DNA of 64,000 bases, taken from assembly GCA_000708835.1 (NCBI GenBank), contig DF237116.1, forward strand, positions 62,001 to 126,000, read 5' to 3'. Below, piece after piece: positions 41,701 to 53,487 of the stretch. Each line of letters opens with the position of its first letter. Position 1 is the stretch's first letter. Made by a program: the position numbers and the translations under genes. This DNA is from Klebsormidium nitens. Its lineage: Eukaryota > Plantae > Klebsormidiophyceae. Below the pieces are notes generated by a model, which made no database searches, had not been told where the DNA came from, and saw only the letters and a list, made by a program, of their open reading frames with translations.

Positions 41701-44700
41701 GGGGCACTCCACCGGGCAGCCGAGCCAGCCGATCCAGCAGCAAGGGGCTCAGCAACCGGGCTATCAACAGCAGTCGGGGCATCCTTCCGGGTTCCAGGGT
41801 GGCCAGGTGGATCACTCTGCAACTCAGCAGGTGAGAAGCTTTGCCCTCTTTGCAGAAAGGAGCAATTGAAGAATCAGCATCAAGTAAAGAAACACGACGC
41901 TGAAGCCTATGCTCGTCAGCTCCATTTCTTCTGGTGGATCGACCCGAGACCAGGAGCGTTATTCGAGTCTAGGTGACATGAGGTTTGTGCGATCATTCAA
42001 CGAGCATCTGGGGAAAGATTATTTTGCTCGCAAGACGGGTCCGTATCCCCTGTTGCCCATGCAGTGCAGTCACTGAACGTTTGGCCAGCGCTTTTTGTCG
42101 CTGTTGGGATTCTGCGCACAGGTTCTGCCCAACAATCAGGTTTGTCGTGTCAAGAATGGGTGCATCAAACAATTCATGATTATAACTTCAAGAGCTCCAG
42201 TTGGATTGATGCTCACTGTGCACTTGAACTTGAATTTCTTGTTGCATTTGCTATCGTAATCCTTGTCACAAACAACCGCCCTCGACTGAAAATTGTCTGG
42301 GATCCTCAAGAAAGATCGCGTCTGGCCTTAAGGTAAACACGAACAGACTCCTTTGACAGTTGGAAAGAGGCAATTGAGAAGCGAAAAGATGGATTAAGCT
42401 AACAATTTGGCAGATGGCCGCGCCCGGCGGCGGCCTTGTGCCCGGTAGGACCCAACCGGGCACCCAAGAGCACAGCGACGAAGTGTCCAATATCAGCCGC
42501 CCGCCTTCCGATTTACCAACAAACGTGTCCTTCAATTCTTTTTCGACTTGCCTGTGCAATATATATCCGATATAAGTGCTCGCCCTCGCCTGCAGATGGC
42601 CATTCCGGGCGGAGGCCTAGTGCCCGGTAGGACCCAACCGGGCACCCAAGAGCACAGCGACGAACTGTCCAACGGCAGCCACCAGGGGCTCCCATCTTCC
42701 ACCGACTTTGCAACATACACCGGGGTGCAGCCGAGCGAGGGGAGCTCGCCACCTGGCGGGGCCCAGAGCGCGCCACCTGGCATGGTTCCGGTTCCAGGAG
42801 GCATGTATTACGAGGGGCAGCAACCTATGGGCTCAGGCGGGAGTGTGCTCCAGTCGCCCGTGCAGGGGGGAGTGATGCCCCAGGAGTATTTTATGCCCGG
42901 TGAGTGCATTCTGGATCTGTTACCCCGCATGTGTCCGAGGCTGAAGGTGCATGTATTGGTGGTGTATTTGGGTTTATGTAGTCCTGGTTTCGGTTCGCTG
43001 ATAGGTAGGTACGAAGATACTTACTCCATGGTTGAGATTCTTCAGTCCGTTCCCTTATAAGCAGTCTAGCGAGTCCATTGATGTTCCTTCCAAGCTATGG
43101 GCCAAGTCCGCTGTTCGTTGTTTCTCAGGGGTTTCTGCCCAATCTCGTTTCCTTGGCAGTAGGAATAGGATGCTGTTCTTTTCCCTCCCAGGACTCGAAG
43201 AGCTCCGTTTCAGTTCTGTTGCAAACGACCTGAAGCGATCATTTACATATCTGCGTAAGCAACCATTTGATTGTCCTATTTTCGACCAGCTCAAATCATA
43301 TGCAGACTCCGATCATCTCCCTGTCAGCTTTTGTCTCGTTTGAATTGGCCCGCCTGTCAGCCCCTGGTGTTTGATGTCCTTCTCCCAAGAAACGTCTCAA
43401 AGTTGTCTTCCTTAGTCTATGCATCCTGAGCATTTTTCTTTGGTATCCTCCCAGGCATGCTCCCATACGGGTATGGCTCGATGGGGTCGTATAGCCCGTA
43501 CGGATACCAGCCAGCCTACAGAGGCGCCCGCCTTTTGAACACGACGCAACTGTTCATCACCAATCTTCCGTACAGCGCAACCTGGCAGGTAAGGTGTCTT
43601 TCGGCAACTGAGATTGGGGGTTTTGGGTTACAAGAATCGGTAGATCTCGTTGATTGAGGCATCTGAATACGAAACGGGGGTGCGTAGGAGCCTTGGTTCC
43701 GAACCCCCTGGAGTGGGTACCTGAGAAGCCAGCCCTGTTTTCTTTCTGTCGACCTTTTGAGTCCCGTTCAGAAGCTCAACTGTTTCCAAGCAGTACGGGC
43801 CCCCGGGCAAGCGTTATCCTGGAAGTGAGTACGCTCCCTAAAGTGGGCGTAGGCCGTCACACTGACGGCATCGCCGGAGCGTGACGGCGACAGAAAAAAG
43901 TCAACGTACACACTCCGAGAAAATCAATTTGGCGGTTTGTACCGTCCGATCGAAATTCGACTCGCGAGCCCTACGCCCACTTTAAGGGCGTTAAATTGAC
44001 CTGACCTTCCCTAATTCAGACGTTGATTCGAATTCGCATTTCGTTGCAGGAGCTCAAGGACTTCTTTAAGCAGTACGGTCACGTCCACCGGGCAGAGATC
44101 ATCCTGGACGAGAGCGGCAACTCCAAGGGCCGTGGCACCGTGCGCTTCTCCAACAACTACGAGGCGACTCACGCGGTGAGCACGAATTTGATTCGCTTGT
44201 TAGATCTAGTCGCTCGTGTTGAGTCCTTCGAAGTAGCTTGGTGAGTCTGGGCGATTGTTGTAGATTGTCCTTGCCCACATAAGCTGTTCGTGCTTGTGGG
44301 CATCTTGATGCATCCTTTGATTTATTCAAGGTGCGATCGTCAGAAAGCGCTTGAGCGTGCGCATGGCTTGGTTCGATCACCTGTGTATTATTAGCACATG
44401 CCGCAGTTTGTCCGAGTCGGTTTTGGTCGTTGACTAACTCCGTCGATCAGCTAGGTCAAGATTGTCGCTGCCGCGTTTTGGTTCATTTTCGATGCATTGA
44501 AGTGCACCTGCTGTTCGAAAGTTCGCAAATTGATATCTCGGGATACCTGCAGTGGAATTCGGCTGACTTCGTCGCTGCTGTTCATTCAGCGTTCTCCAAG
44601 TCGTGTGTGTTGACACTTCGCATCTTACAAAGCTACCACGATGAACACAGTCGTACTTCTATAATAATTTTGCGTATCGTGGGTTTACGCCTTGTTAGAA

Positions 44701-44925
44701 AGGCTGCAAACACAACATTCCTCGTTTCTTACTTCTTGGGATGGTAACGGAAGGGTAGACGAGCGAGCCTTGGCAGGCACGGTGGTCTTGGAAAAAGGAG
44801 TTTCCTCGCAATTTCTTACAACGAGTGTGATTTTCCTGCAGATGATGTACGCCCAGAACGCTCTTTTCAAGGGCAGGCCCCTGAGTGTACGAGAAGACCG
44901 GCAACTGGGCTCCGGTGTATCCTAA
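35747..44925 (+). CDS. RNA-binding protein (~530 aa): tandem TDP-43-like RRM1-RRM2, Q/G/P/Y/S-rich low-complexity region, C-terminal Gbp2/hnRNP M-like RRM
   Basis: Eleven phase-consistent exons: 35747-35878, 38253-38381, 38914-39026, 39586-39682, 40237-40397, 40871-40980, 41616-41830, 42596-42899, 43455-43588, 44050-44175, 44842-44925. RNP1 motifs RGYGFVNF, RGFAFVTY, KGRGTVRF. Confidence 0.9.
42411..42500 (+). repeat. Echo of RRM-gene acceptor + exon start
   Basis: CAG|ATGGCC...GTGCCCGGTAGGACCCAACCGGGCACCCAAGAGCACAGCGACGAA at 42413, versus the true acceptor at 42595. Confidence 0.92.
43831..43991. mobile_element. Small inverted-repeat (MITE-like) element in an intron of the RRM gene
   Basis: ACGCTCCCTAAAGTGGGCGTAGG (43831-43853) and CCTACGCCCACTTTAAGGGCGT (43970-43991) are near-perfect inverted repeats around ~115 bp. 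No clear target-site duplication. Confidence 0.5.
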
Positions 44926-46964
44926 TATCTCAATTGAAGTTTTGTACTATGTACAATGTTCGAATGATAGATAGCCACATTTCGGTTCTTGAGGAGACTT
45001 CAAATTAAGCAGCCTTTAGAAATATGAAAGGTCGAAAGTCGAGCTGTTAAGGATAGGGCAGGTCGGTCGCACGAGAAAACCCAACAAAAGGATAACATAC
45101 GCGACGCCACAGAGATATTCTGTACAGACAGACAGCATTGGAGAAGACGTAGGATACGAGGCACTAGCTGTAGCTCAGCTTTGGCAGACTAAAGCTTATG
45201 GGCCTTTCCGCCCCCCACGAGATCAGGGATGTACAAAAGCGGGTGCGGCAGTGCCACCCTCTTGCAGAGGTACAATTCATTGGACAACTAGACCTTGTAT
45301 CATGATACTCGATTGGGAATATCTTAGTTTCTCCTTGTTGTAAAGCTTTTATTTTGGTTTTCGACAGCTCATTTGCTAAACGTGTAACCAATCCTTTTTA
45401 AAAGGTCGCATGGCATGAACCGGGGCGGTTCGCGATTGTTGATTACTTTTGTGTGCAGTGAGCTTGGTTATGCATGCAGCAGGCCGGTTTTGTACTTTAT
45501 CAGGCTGCCGCGTATGCCTCCGATTGCTCATGCAGCTCCATTCGTTCATGCAACCCAATTATTCGCTAAAATAAGCATATACGTTCACTATACACAGTCG
45601 ACACCATGCAGGCAAGTTCTTTCCGAAGTTCATCTCCGGCATGAACCCCGAAAGTACCGTCCTTTGGCATGGCATGGGTTATAGCATGGCCGTCGGCGAG
45701 CTAGGCGCATGGCTAGGGCGCACCGTTACGCGACTTATGATTGGACAACTTGTCTTGGAGCGCGTTTCAAATTGCTCAGCATTAGCAGGAGCTCCATGTC
45801 AAGTGTCCAGTAAATTTTGGGTACGTAGCAACTTTTATTACTTTGCTTACGCACTGAGTGCGCGCATGCATGTGTTTTAGATACCGTCGACCATGTCTGA
45901 CCCTTTGACAAACTTGGCCGTTGGAGACATGAGTCCAGCTCACTATCACGTACATGACCTAGACCGTCCGATTGGACCGTACTTTCCTCGATCGACGGCC
46001 GCTAACTGAACTTGCCACCAAGGCCCTAGCTGGCCCTTTGAACTTAGGGCCAGCTAGCCTGGATCGAGCTCGTCCTTCGACCATCGTGGCCAGGCCATGC
46101 AGCTATAGCGCGGCTGCGCCATATTGCGGCATGCGCTAATTCACACATGAAATCAAATCATTGTGCATTCAATACCATCCACCACATGCTCCATGCATAT
46201 GCATCTTTAATTGATCTTATGTACCAGGCTATACGTACTGAGCTAGCCTTGATGGCATGGCACGCCTACGCGGCGGCAAGACAGAATCTGGGTTCGTGAC
46301 ATACTATACGGGCTGCAATCAGAGCATGACATGTGCTTATCAAATGCAGGTACAGTCGTAATTAGATCGTAGGCCGCGCTGCGCATGTGTGAGTACTAGT
46401 CCCTCAATTTACCATATAGTCGCATGCACAGATCGGATTGACAGCTTCAAGCCCATTATCGAAGCTGGTGCGGTGGAGGCGCTGTCCGATCTTTCGGTGC
46501 AATCATAACACTTAGTGCATCCGGCCTTAACGTCACAACAGACCGCGGCCACCCACTCCCAAGCGTGAGTGACCGGCTCCTAGCATGGGCCTCTCGCCAG
46601 CAGACTTCCACCAGGCTACCGTCAGACTCATCGTACAGTCGGTCTGTTGGGCTGCCGGTTGCACTGAATTTGATTCAGGTACTCGTTGGTCATGCTCCGG
46701 TCAGTGTGGACCCTCGAATGCATGCATGCGATGCAGGCCAGTGCGACCCGACCGGCTGGGGGTTCGGCCGCGCTCGGAGATGGATATTGCGAAACCATGA
46801 TAAACCGCTAGATTCGCGGCACTTGTCCCAGCGTGTAGCCACTAGACTTGTGCCAACTTCACATCTCATACCTCAGAGACCGACTTCCGATTAGAGAACG
46901 ATAATCCTTACATCCCCTCGTTCGGTTGGACTTGAATCCCTTTAGTCGGACAACCTCCCGAAGA

Positions 46965-49900
46965 CTATCCGTTCAACTCGTCGATGATCACGACGTATGG
47001 ATCGATGTCGGGCGCCGGAGCGGTCATTGGCGTAACCGCCGATAGGTCCTCGTCGGGCGGTGCAAAGAAGGTCGGGAAAGGGGTGACCTCTGTGTCCGGT
47101 TTCTTTCGGAGCGCGTCCCTGATGAACACGAAGTTGCCCTTGTGCCCCGGTACCTAGATTTGTCAAAAATTTCTTCATCATTCAATCCCTTTTTGAAACA
47201 ACCAGAGAAAGACTTTTAAACATCACTCAGACAAGCAGAGTCAACGCGCTGGTTTGTAAGTTGGATCGATACATCATCAGTCCTGAGACCCCCCATACTA
47301 ACTCGGCGAATCTGTATTGGTGATCGAAAAGAGGGTTGAGGGAGTCGCTCGCTCCACGCAAGGATTAGAAAATCGGTAAATTGTTATGCTTGTCACTCAG
47401 TATGCACCTTCGAGAGTCCCGGGTTGAGATGCGGCAGACCGGCAGGACGTACTTAAACCTTGAAGCCTATGACAAAATTCGAACTTGAAGTATTTTCTGA
47501 ATGGAGGTGATCTGACAACTCAGATACGTCGTCTGTCATGGCGAGTGAAGCTTGTGGTTCACTGACGCCTTCAAACCTTTATGCTTGTTTACGAGAGGGA
47601 GAGAATCGCAAAGGAGTGTGATGTAGAACCTTCATCTCAGAAACGCAACGCTACACCTCGCAAAGGGCTGAAATCTTGAAGAGAGTTTGACGACCAAACG
47701 TTCGACTCTTCGACACAAGAAAGATTCCAGACAACAATCAGGGACCGACGACCGGAACTGCCCTCAAAGTCTGGCCATCTGAGGGATGATCGAGAATTTC
47801 AACACATATACACGGAACTCAGCCAACAACCTTTTACTACCAATAGTGACTGACTCCGCCAACTCAGCAAACACTCAAAAGACTTTGCGCCACCATTTTA
47901 ATTGTGAGGCAAGCCGACTTATTTTTCCGGGGGGCAGAGATGACGCTGCATACCTGCCCCCTGACGTAGATGAGATCCCTGGCCGGGTCGACTTTGTAGA
48001 TCCAGACGGACTGCACCGTGCGCGTCTCATTGCCCATCTGCCCCGCCATCTTCTTGTTTTTGAACACTTTTCCGGGGTCCTGGAAACGAAAAACAGGTTT
48101 TATATCGTGACCCAAACCTTATCAGACTTCTGTGCAACTTGTTCTTGAACACCTTTCCGGGGTCTGAAAACAAAAAAACAGGTTCAACATCGTGACCCAA
48201 ACCTTATCGGACTTCTGTGCAGAACCAGGGTTCAGGGCATGGTTGCATCAAAGGGTTTTGAAACTGAAGCCCAGTCTGCGCGCCCGTCGAATCACTTCAG
48301 TGTTGAAAACTGCGAGGACTTTTCCGCCGACGTTCTTGCAGTGAGGAGACTGAGAGTGCCTTCAGCATCTTGCCGCCAAGTAAGAGATCGCTTCTGGGGT
48401 TTAGAAGGACGCAAACCTTGTTACACGGAGCGTCATGTCCCTCTTAAAGATTGTTTCAAAAATCAGCACCAACCCTTCCATCCCCACGAATGGAAGTGGT
48501 CTGAACTCGCGCTTCAGACCTTGGTACCAGAACACGGCAGAACACGCGTCTATGTACGTTTTCATCCGACTCTGTTTCCGTGAATGCTCAAACCCAAACC
48601 TCCCTTCAGAGGAGGAGCGGCGTCTCACCTGCCTCCATTCCTTTCTGCTCTCATGACAATGAAGCGGGAAGCTATACTAAACCAAGCTGAAGCGAATTAG
48701 ACAAAACCAGAACTTCGATCTTCTCCCGAACATCAAGCGCATCTCACCTGTCTCCCTCCCGTGGAACCCTGAGACCGGTGAGACTTCGAAGCACCGTGCG
48801 ACGCGTTGCCCCCCTTGAAACCGTGCCGTTTCATGACCCCCTGAAAGAGGTCAAACGGCGGTCAGACACTGCGGGATGTTCTTTCTTTCACGTAATGAGC
48901 GACGAACATTGCACAAGGAGGATACTCTTCGCAGTGATGTGACTTAGGGCATGCATGTCGGTCCTGCCTTTTGGTAGGAAGCAAGAATGCTTACGCCATA
49001 CCTCCACAAGCAGAAATTACTCTGGTAAGATTAGATGCTAGCGAAAGGGAGATTGCCAGGTCCAGGACTCGATCTCACAGGCGTGGGGGCACTACCCACT
49101 GGCTGAAGTTCGAGCGTCAATTCACGAACGAACGGCCTCAAATTATACCCAGCTTGGCTTCAAAGCCTCCGAAGATGAGTTACAAGGAGGGAAGAAAAGG
49201 GTACGTACCTGGAAACCCTTTCCGATCGTGGTACCCTGGATGTCGACATACTGGCCCGCCACGAAGTGCCGAGCGTGCAGTTCCGTTCCGATCTGCAAAC
49301 ACGGGAACGCGCTGTGGTTAGCAGAGGGTTACGGATGGGTTCAGAATAACCCATTCCAGCGCTGTGCAGGTCAGTTTTGCGAGCAAGGGCAGGAAACCTG
49401 CTTTTGTAAACACGTGACCGGTATTCGCAACAGCTCCGCTCACGAGAAAACCGTTTGGTAGGGTTTGATATATTTGAGGAGTCAAGTCACAGAATGGTTG
49501 GACCGCGTTTGAGAAATTTGCTCAAAGGGACTGATGTGTCACAGCGCTTTGAGCAGCTGAGTCACCCTCTGGAAGGGCGACCGTGCAAGAACAAGGCTAT
49601 CTTTCTGGTCGCCAATGAAACGCACCTGATCTAAAACGCACGCCAAAGTCCAACCTCTGTGAGCAGATGCTAACACACAAGAGCGGGTGCAATCAATGAC
49701 TAGCTGCCAAAATGAACAAAATAGTGAGCGCGATCGGGAACAAATCAAACGGTGCAGGTAATCCTAGAAATCTAAAACCACCCAGTGGGGTCTTTTGTCC
49801 CAAGACCTTGGTGAGAGGACATAGAAATCCTGCTGGCAGAGCGCTTTACTCAACAACCGTCCAACACCTCCGCAAACTCCGCTTCACTCCATGATATGCC

Positions 49901-52772
49901 ACGGAACAACAACCCATGGAACGGAACGAGCCCACAGAACAACAAAGTCACACACTTCTGAGGAGTTCAAATGATTCAAGCGAGAGTGCTTACCGGCAGC
50001 ACCGCGTCGGGCGACACCCGAAACTCGTGCAGCCTCCGTTTCAGATTGGCCCCCTGTGCAATGAAGTGCCCCAGCAACGGCTTGGTCAACTGCTTCGCCT
50101 TTTTGGTACCGCCGCCGATTTGCAGAGCGGTATACCCCTCCTTTTCGTCCGTCTTAATCTGGACCACCTGCAAGTGTGAAATCGGGCGCGCGTGAGCATT
50201 GTTGCAGGGAGCTAAAAGCAGGGTACTGAGCGAGGTTGACACGGAGGAACCAAATCTCAAACCGATTTGCGGGGCAGTACACCCTTCCTTTTCGTCCGTC
50301 TTGATCTGGACCACCTGCAGATATAACTATTAGAAAAGGCTTGAGTTGTGCGAGGGGGGCTAAGAACGAGTGTACCGGAACAAGGCAGCGATGGAGCGAA
50401 ACTTGAAAACGTCGAACTGTGGGTCTTCTCAAGCCAAACCTTCAGTCCCAATACGGAGCAATGTACCCCTCCTTCTCGACCGTCTTCATTAGGACCACCT
50501 GCGAGTTGAAAGGCAAGGAAGGCTTGCCATCTGCAAGAGGAGTTAAGAACAAGCGTACAAAGCGAAGGTCCGACGGAGAGAAAGTTGAAAACGTCAAACT
50601 GTGGTCTCCTTAGCAGACCTGGAGCAGAGTGTAACGCTTCTATTCATCTGTCCTGATTGGACCACCTGCACATGAAACGGTCGCCAACCTCAAAATCAGT
50701 GGAGCAAAGACGAGGGCTCCCGATTCAGTCAGTTGTGCAACAAAAGGTTGAAACTTCGTACTGCCCTTTTCGGAGTCGGGCCTTATTTCGACCGTCTGGA
50801 CCACCTGCGACCCGGAGTGATATGGAGCACTCTTACGATTGCAAGCGACGCTAAGAAGGAGGGTACTAGGACAAGATAGCAATGGAGCGGTAGACACCAA
50901 CACCTTGACCTCCCTGGTATTGCTAGAAACGTCGCTGTTATATATGCCCACATGCGGTCCGCCCGGAAAATCGGATGACCCCGGTTCAGAAGACTTTTAT
51001 GGCCGAGATCAGCGCTGAACCCCATAGATCCGCAAGGATAATGATTAGTATATCAATCCTTGCCTCTCAGGTCAACCTGCCGTTCCTTTGCAACGGTCAG
51101 CACAATGCAGGCGCCAGACTTGGCCGATGCGTTCTAAAATGGTCCCTAGGAATCAGCGGTTTTCAAAACGGTGAACCACACCTCCATTGCAGCAAGACCT
51201 TGAATACAGCAGGTACTCAGAAGACAATCAGTAAATACACCAACCCCGAGTCCTAGTGCAGAAGGATTCAGGCACTCTCAGCCCCAGTCGAACAGCAAAC
51301 AATCTTCAATATTCAAATGCAAAGATGATGAAGATTGAAGCCCCTAAGATCGCTCACCTCGTTTTCGTGAACCCAAAGCACCGTCACTGGAATCCGTATC
51401 CCCCACTCGTCCCACAGCGCAGTCATACCACACTTCACCGCAATGACACCTGTCCGCATCGAGTCCGGCCCCCAAGGCCGGGGCTCGACAGCTGGACCGG
51501 GAGTCAGCCAAGAGGGGGTTTTCGCACCAGCGGGGTTTCCAACACCAGAGGGGGGAATCACACCCGGGGGGATGTTCGCACCGGTTGAGGATGTTGCGCT
51601 GGAGGAAGATGAGGCACCGTAAGAGGTGGAAGCAATTGGCGGCGGCGTGGCGGGGGGGTTCCTGGCCTGCAGCATACGGGGGGGTGTTTGAGAAATATAA
51701 ACAGCGCAATGCGATGTGCCACTTAAGTCTGTCGCAGCGACAGGCAATGTCTCAGCGGTTTCAATCAGTCCTCATGACCGAGTGGCTTGAAAAGGTGAGA
51801 TGGCAGACTCTAGGCAGCTTCTTCCAAAAAATGGTCATAGAAGACATTGATGCTGAGTACCAAACACAAGCTTTCGCTTTCTACAGCCATTTGCCTTCAT
51901 TTCTTTTGTTCCACAGCCGCTAGGCCATGGAAGGTCTTGCGGGATTTTGACCTGAACTAATCATGCTAGATCAACAGTGCCTATAACCTGCTTTGAGAGT
52001 GGCAAAAGCAATGATGATTTCTACAAACTACGTTATATATTTCAATTGCTTGCACCAGCCATGTTGCACTCCGCATGTGAAAGAGGAGATTTGAAGGCTT
52101 CTTAACCGACAATTTGAGAAACAGCCTCGTCAAGCGGACCAGATCATGAAGAAGGTCACCGCAGATGTTAAGACTTGATTGTAATGCAGAAGTGCTGATG
52201 CCACATTGACCATTCTCTAATCAGAACCTCACCTCAGAAGAATGGCCCGCTGCGTCCGCTGCGAAGCTTTCTGAAGCAAAGCGTCCATCCAGCGGAAAGT
52301 CCCCTTCCAAACCCTGCTCCAACGCGCTCGGCCCCGATGACAACCCGCTACCGTCAGCATTTCGCTGCCACATGGCATCCAGCGACTGGCTCAAAGCTGC
52401 CAAGTGTTCCTCATTCAATTCTGGAACGTCTCTCCTCTGCTGGACGGCCGCCAACGTGGACATCCTCATACTAGTTCCCAAACCGCTGATCCGCGTCGAT
52501 TCGCGAGCCCCCACCCTGCCTTGCAGCTGTGAGCGCTCCTGTCGTGAGCTGTTGACACCACCATGCGACGCCGCCCCAGGCTCGCTAGGCTCGGTGGTAA
52601 CAGTGTCAGATGCACATTCAGCTCTCCTGAAAGTGCCATCAGACCACTTATTGGGAGAAGCAGTGTCCTCGACAGGGGCTGCTGCGGTTGTTGAAAAGAC
52701 TCTGGCACCCGGCGCCAGTCTCTGCTGTAGCGCGCTGCGCACGATCCGAGAGAGCTCCCGGCGAACCGCCAT
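46965..52772 (-). CDS. rpl3: Mitochondrial 50S ribosomal protein L3 (uL3m), ~504 aa with a long N-terminal extension
   Basis: Seven in-frame exons: 52233-52772, 51358-51666 ([19 protein letters not shown]), 49994-50167, 49209-49292 ([14 protein letters not shown]), 48748-48840 ([11 protein letters not shown]...SHGASKSHR), 47954-48079 ([16 protein letters not shown]), 46965-47153 (VPGHKG). Arg/Ser/Ala-rich presequence-like start. The core resembles plant mitochondrial rather than plastid L3. Confidence 0.93.
50161..50810 (-). repeat. Five-site acceptor array at an rpl3 exon
   Basis: CAG|GTGGTCC with AG at 50168 (true), 50315, 50499, 50666 and 50805. Confidence 0.9.
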
Positions 52773-53219
52773 TCTGAGGTCGAGCACACAATGGTGCTGC
52801 GCAGGTGCAGGTGTGGAACCACTGGTTTGCAAGTGGTGTTATTCCTCCTTACAACATCTCAAATCATTGCTCAGGCACGTTGGTCCTTGTGGTCCAGAAG
52901 AAAGCACCTGATCAAGCCTACTCCTAGGAGCCCGCTTCCTTCCTGCACCCTTCTCGGCTTGACCCTCCAAGCGCTCGCCTTCTGCCCTCTCTTCAACTTT
53001 CAAGTTGTGCCAGACCATTTTGGCAATGCCGTTCTCAGCAGTTGTCATTCCGTTTTGACTGCGGCACCTGACGACGACGTTCCGCTGTAATACGCCGCAG
53101 GGAATGGCGGAATTCTTAAATCAACGCGCGCAAGCAGAAGCTTCAATCTCAACCAGACGCAGGAAGTCAAGCAACGGTTGTAAACCAACAATTACGTTAC
53201 AACCAGTACGGTACTACGG

Positions 53220-53487
53220 TACCGTACTGCCATTCCCATTCGCACTAAAATAATTATTTTAAGGCCACTGCGAAAAAAAATAAACTAAATTGCGACTGAG
53301 GTGCGAAAATGCGAAATAAGAAAACAATTTTTAAAAGTCACATTTGAGGCTTTTTTGAGTAGGAAATTACGAAAAATGGGTCTTTTGCGAAAATTTTGAA
53401 AATTATTTGAAGCCGGTGCGAAAACAGAAAACTTTCGAAAATAAATATTCGCACCAGCATGGTGCGAATGGGAATGGCAGTACGGTA
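53220..53487. mobile_element. MITE, Tc1/mariner (Stowaway-like)
   Basis: Perfect 24-bp terminal inverted repeats CCGTACTGCCATTCCCATTCGCAC (53222-53245) and its reverse complement (53462-53485). TA on both sides, AT-rich non-coding ~215-bp interior with repeated TGCGAA motifs. Confidence 0.8.
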
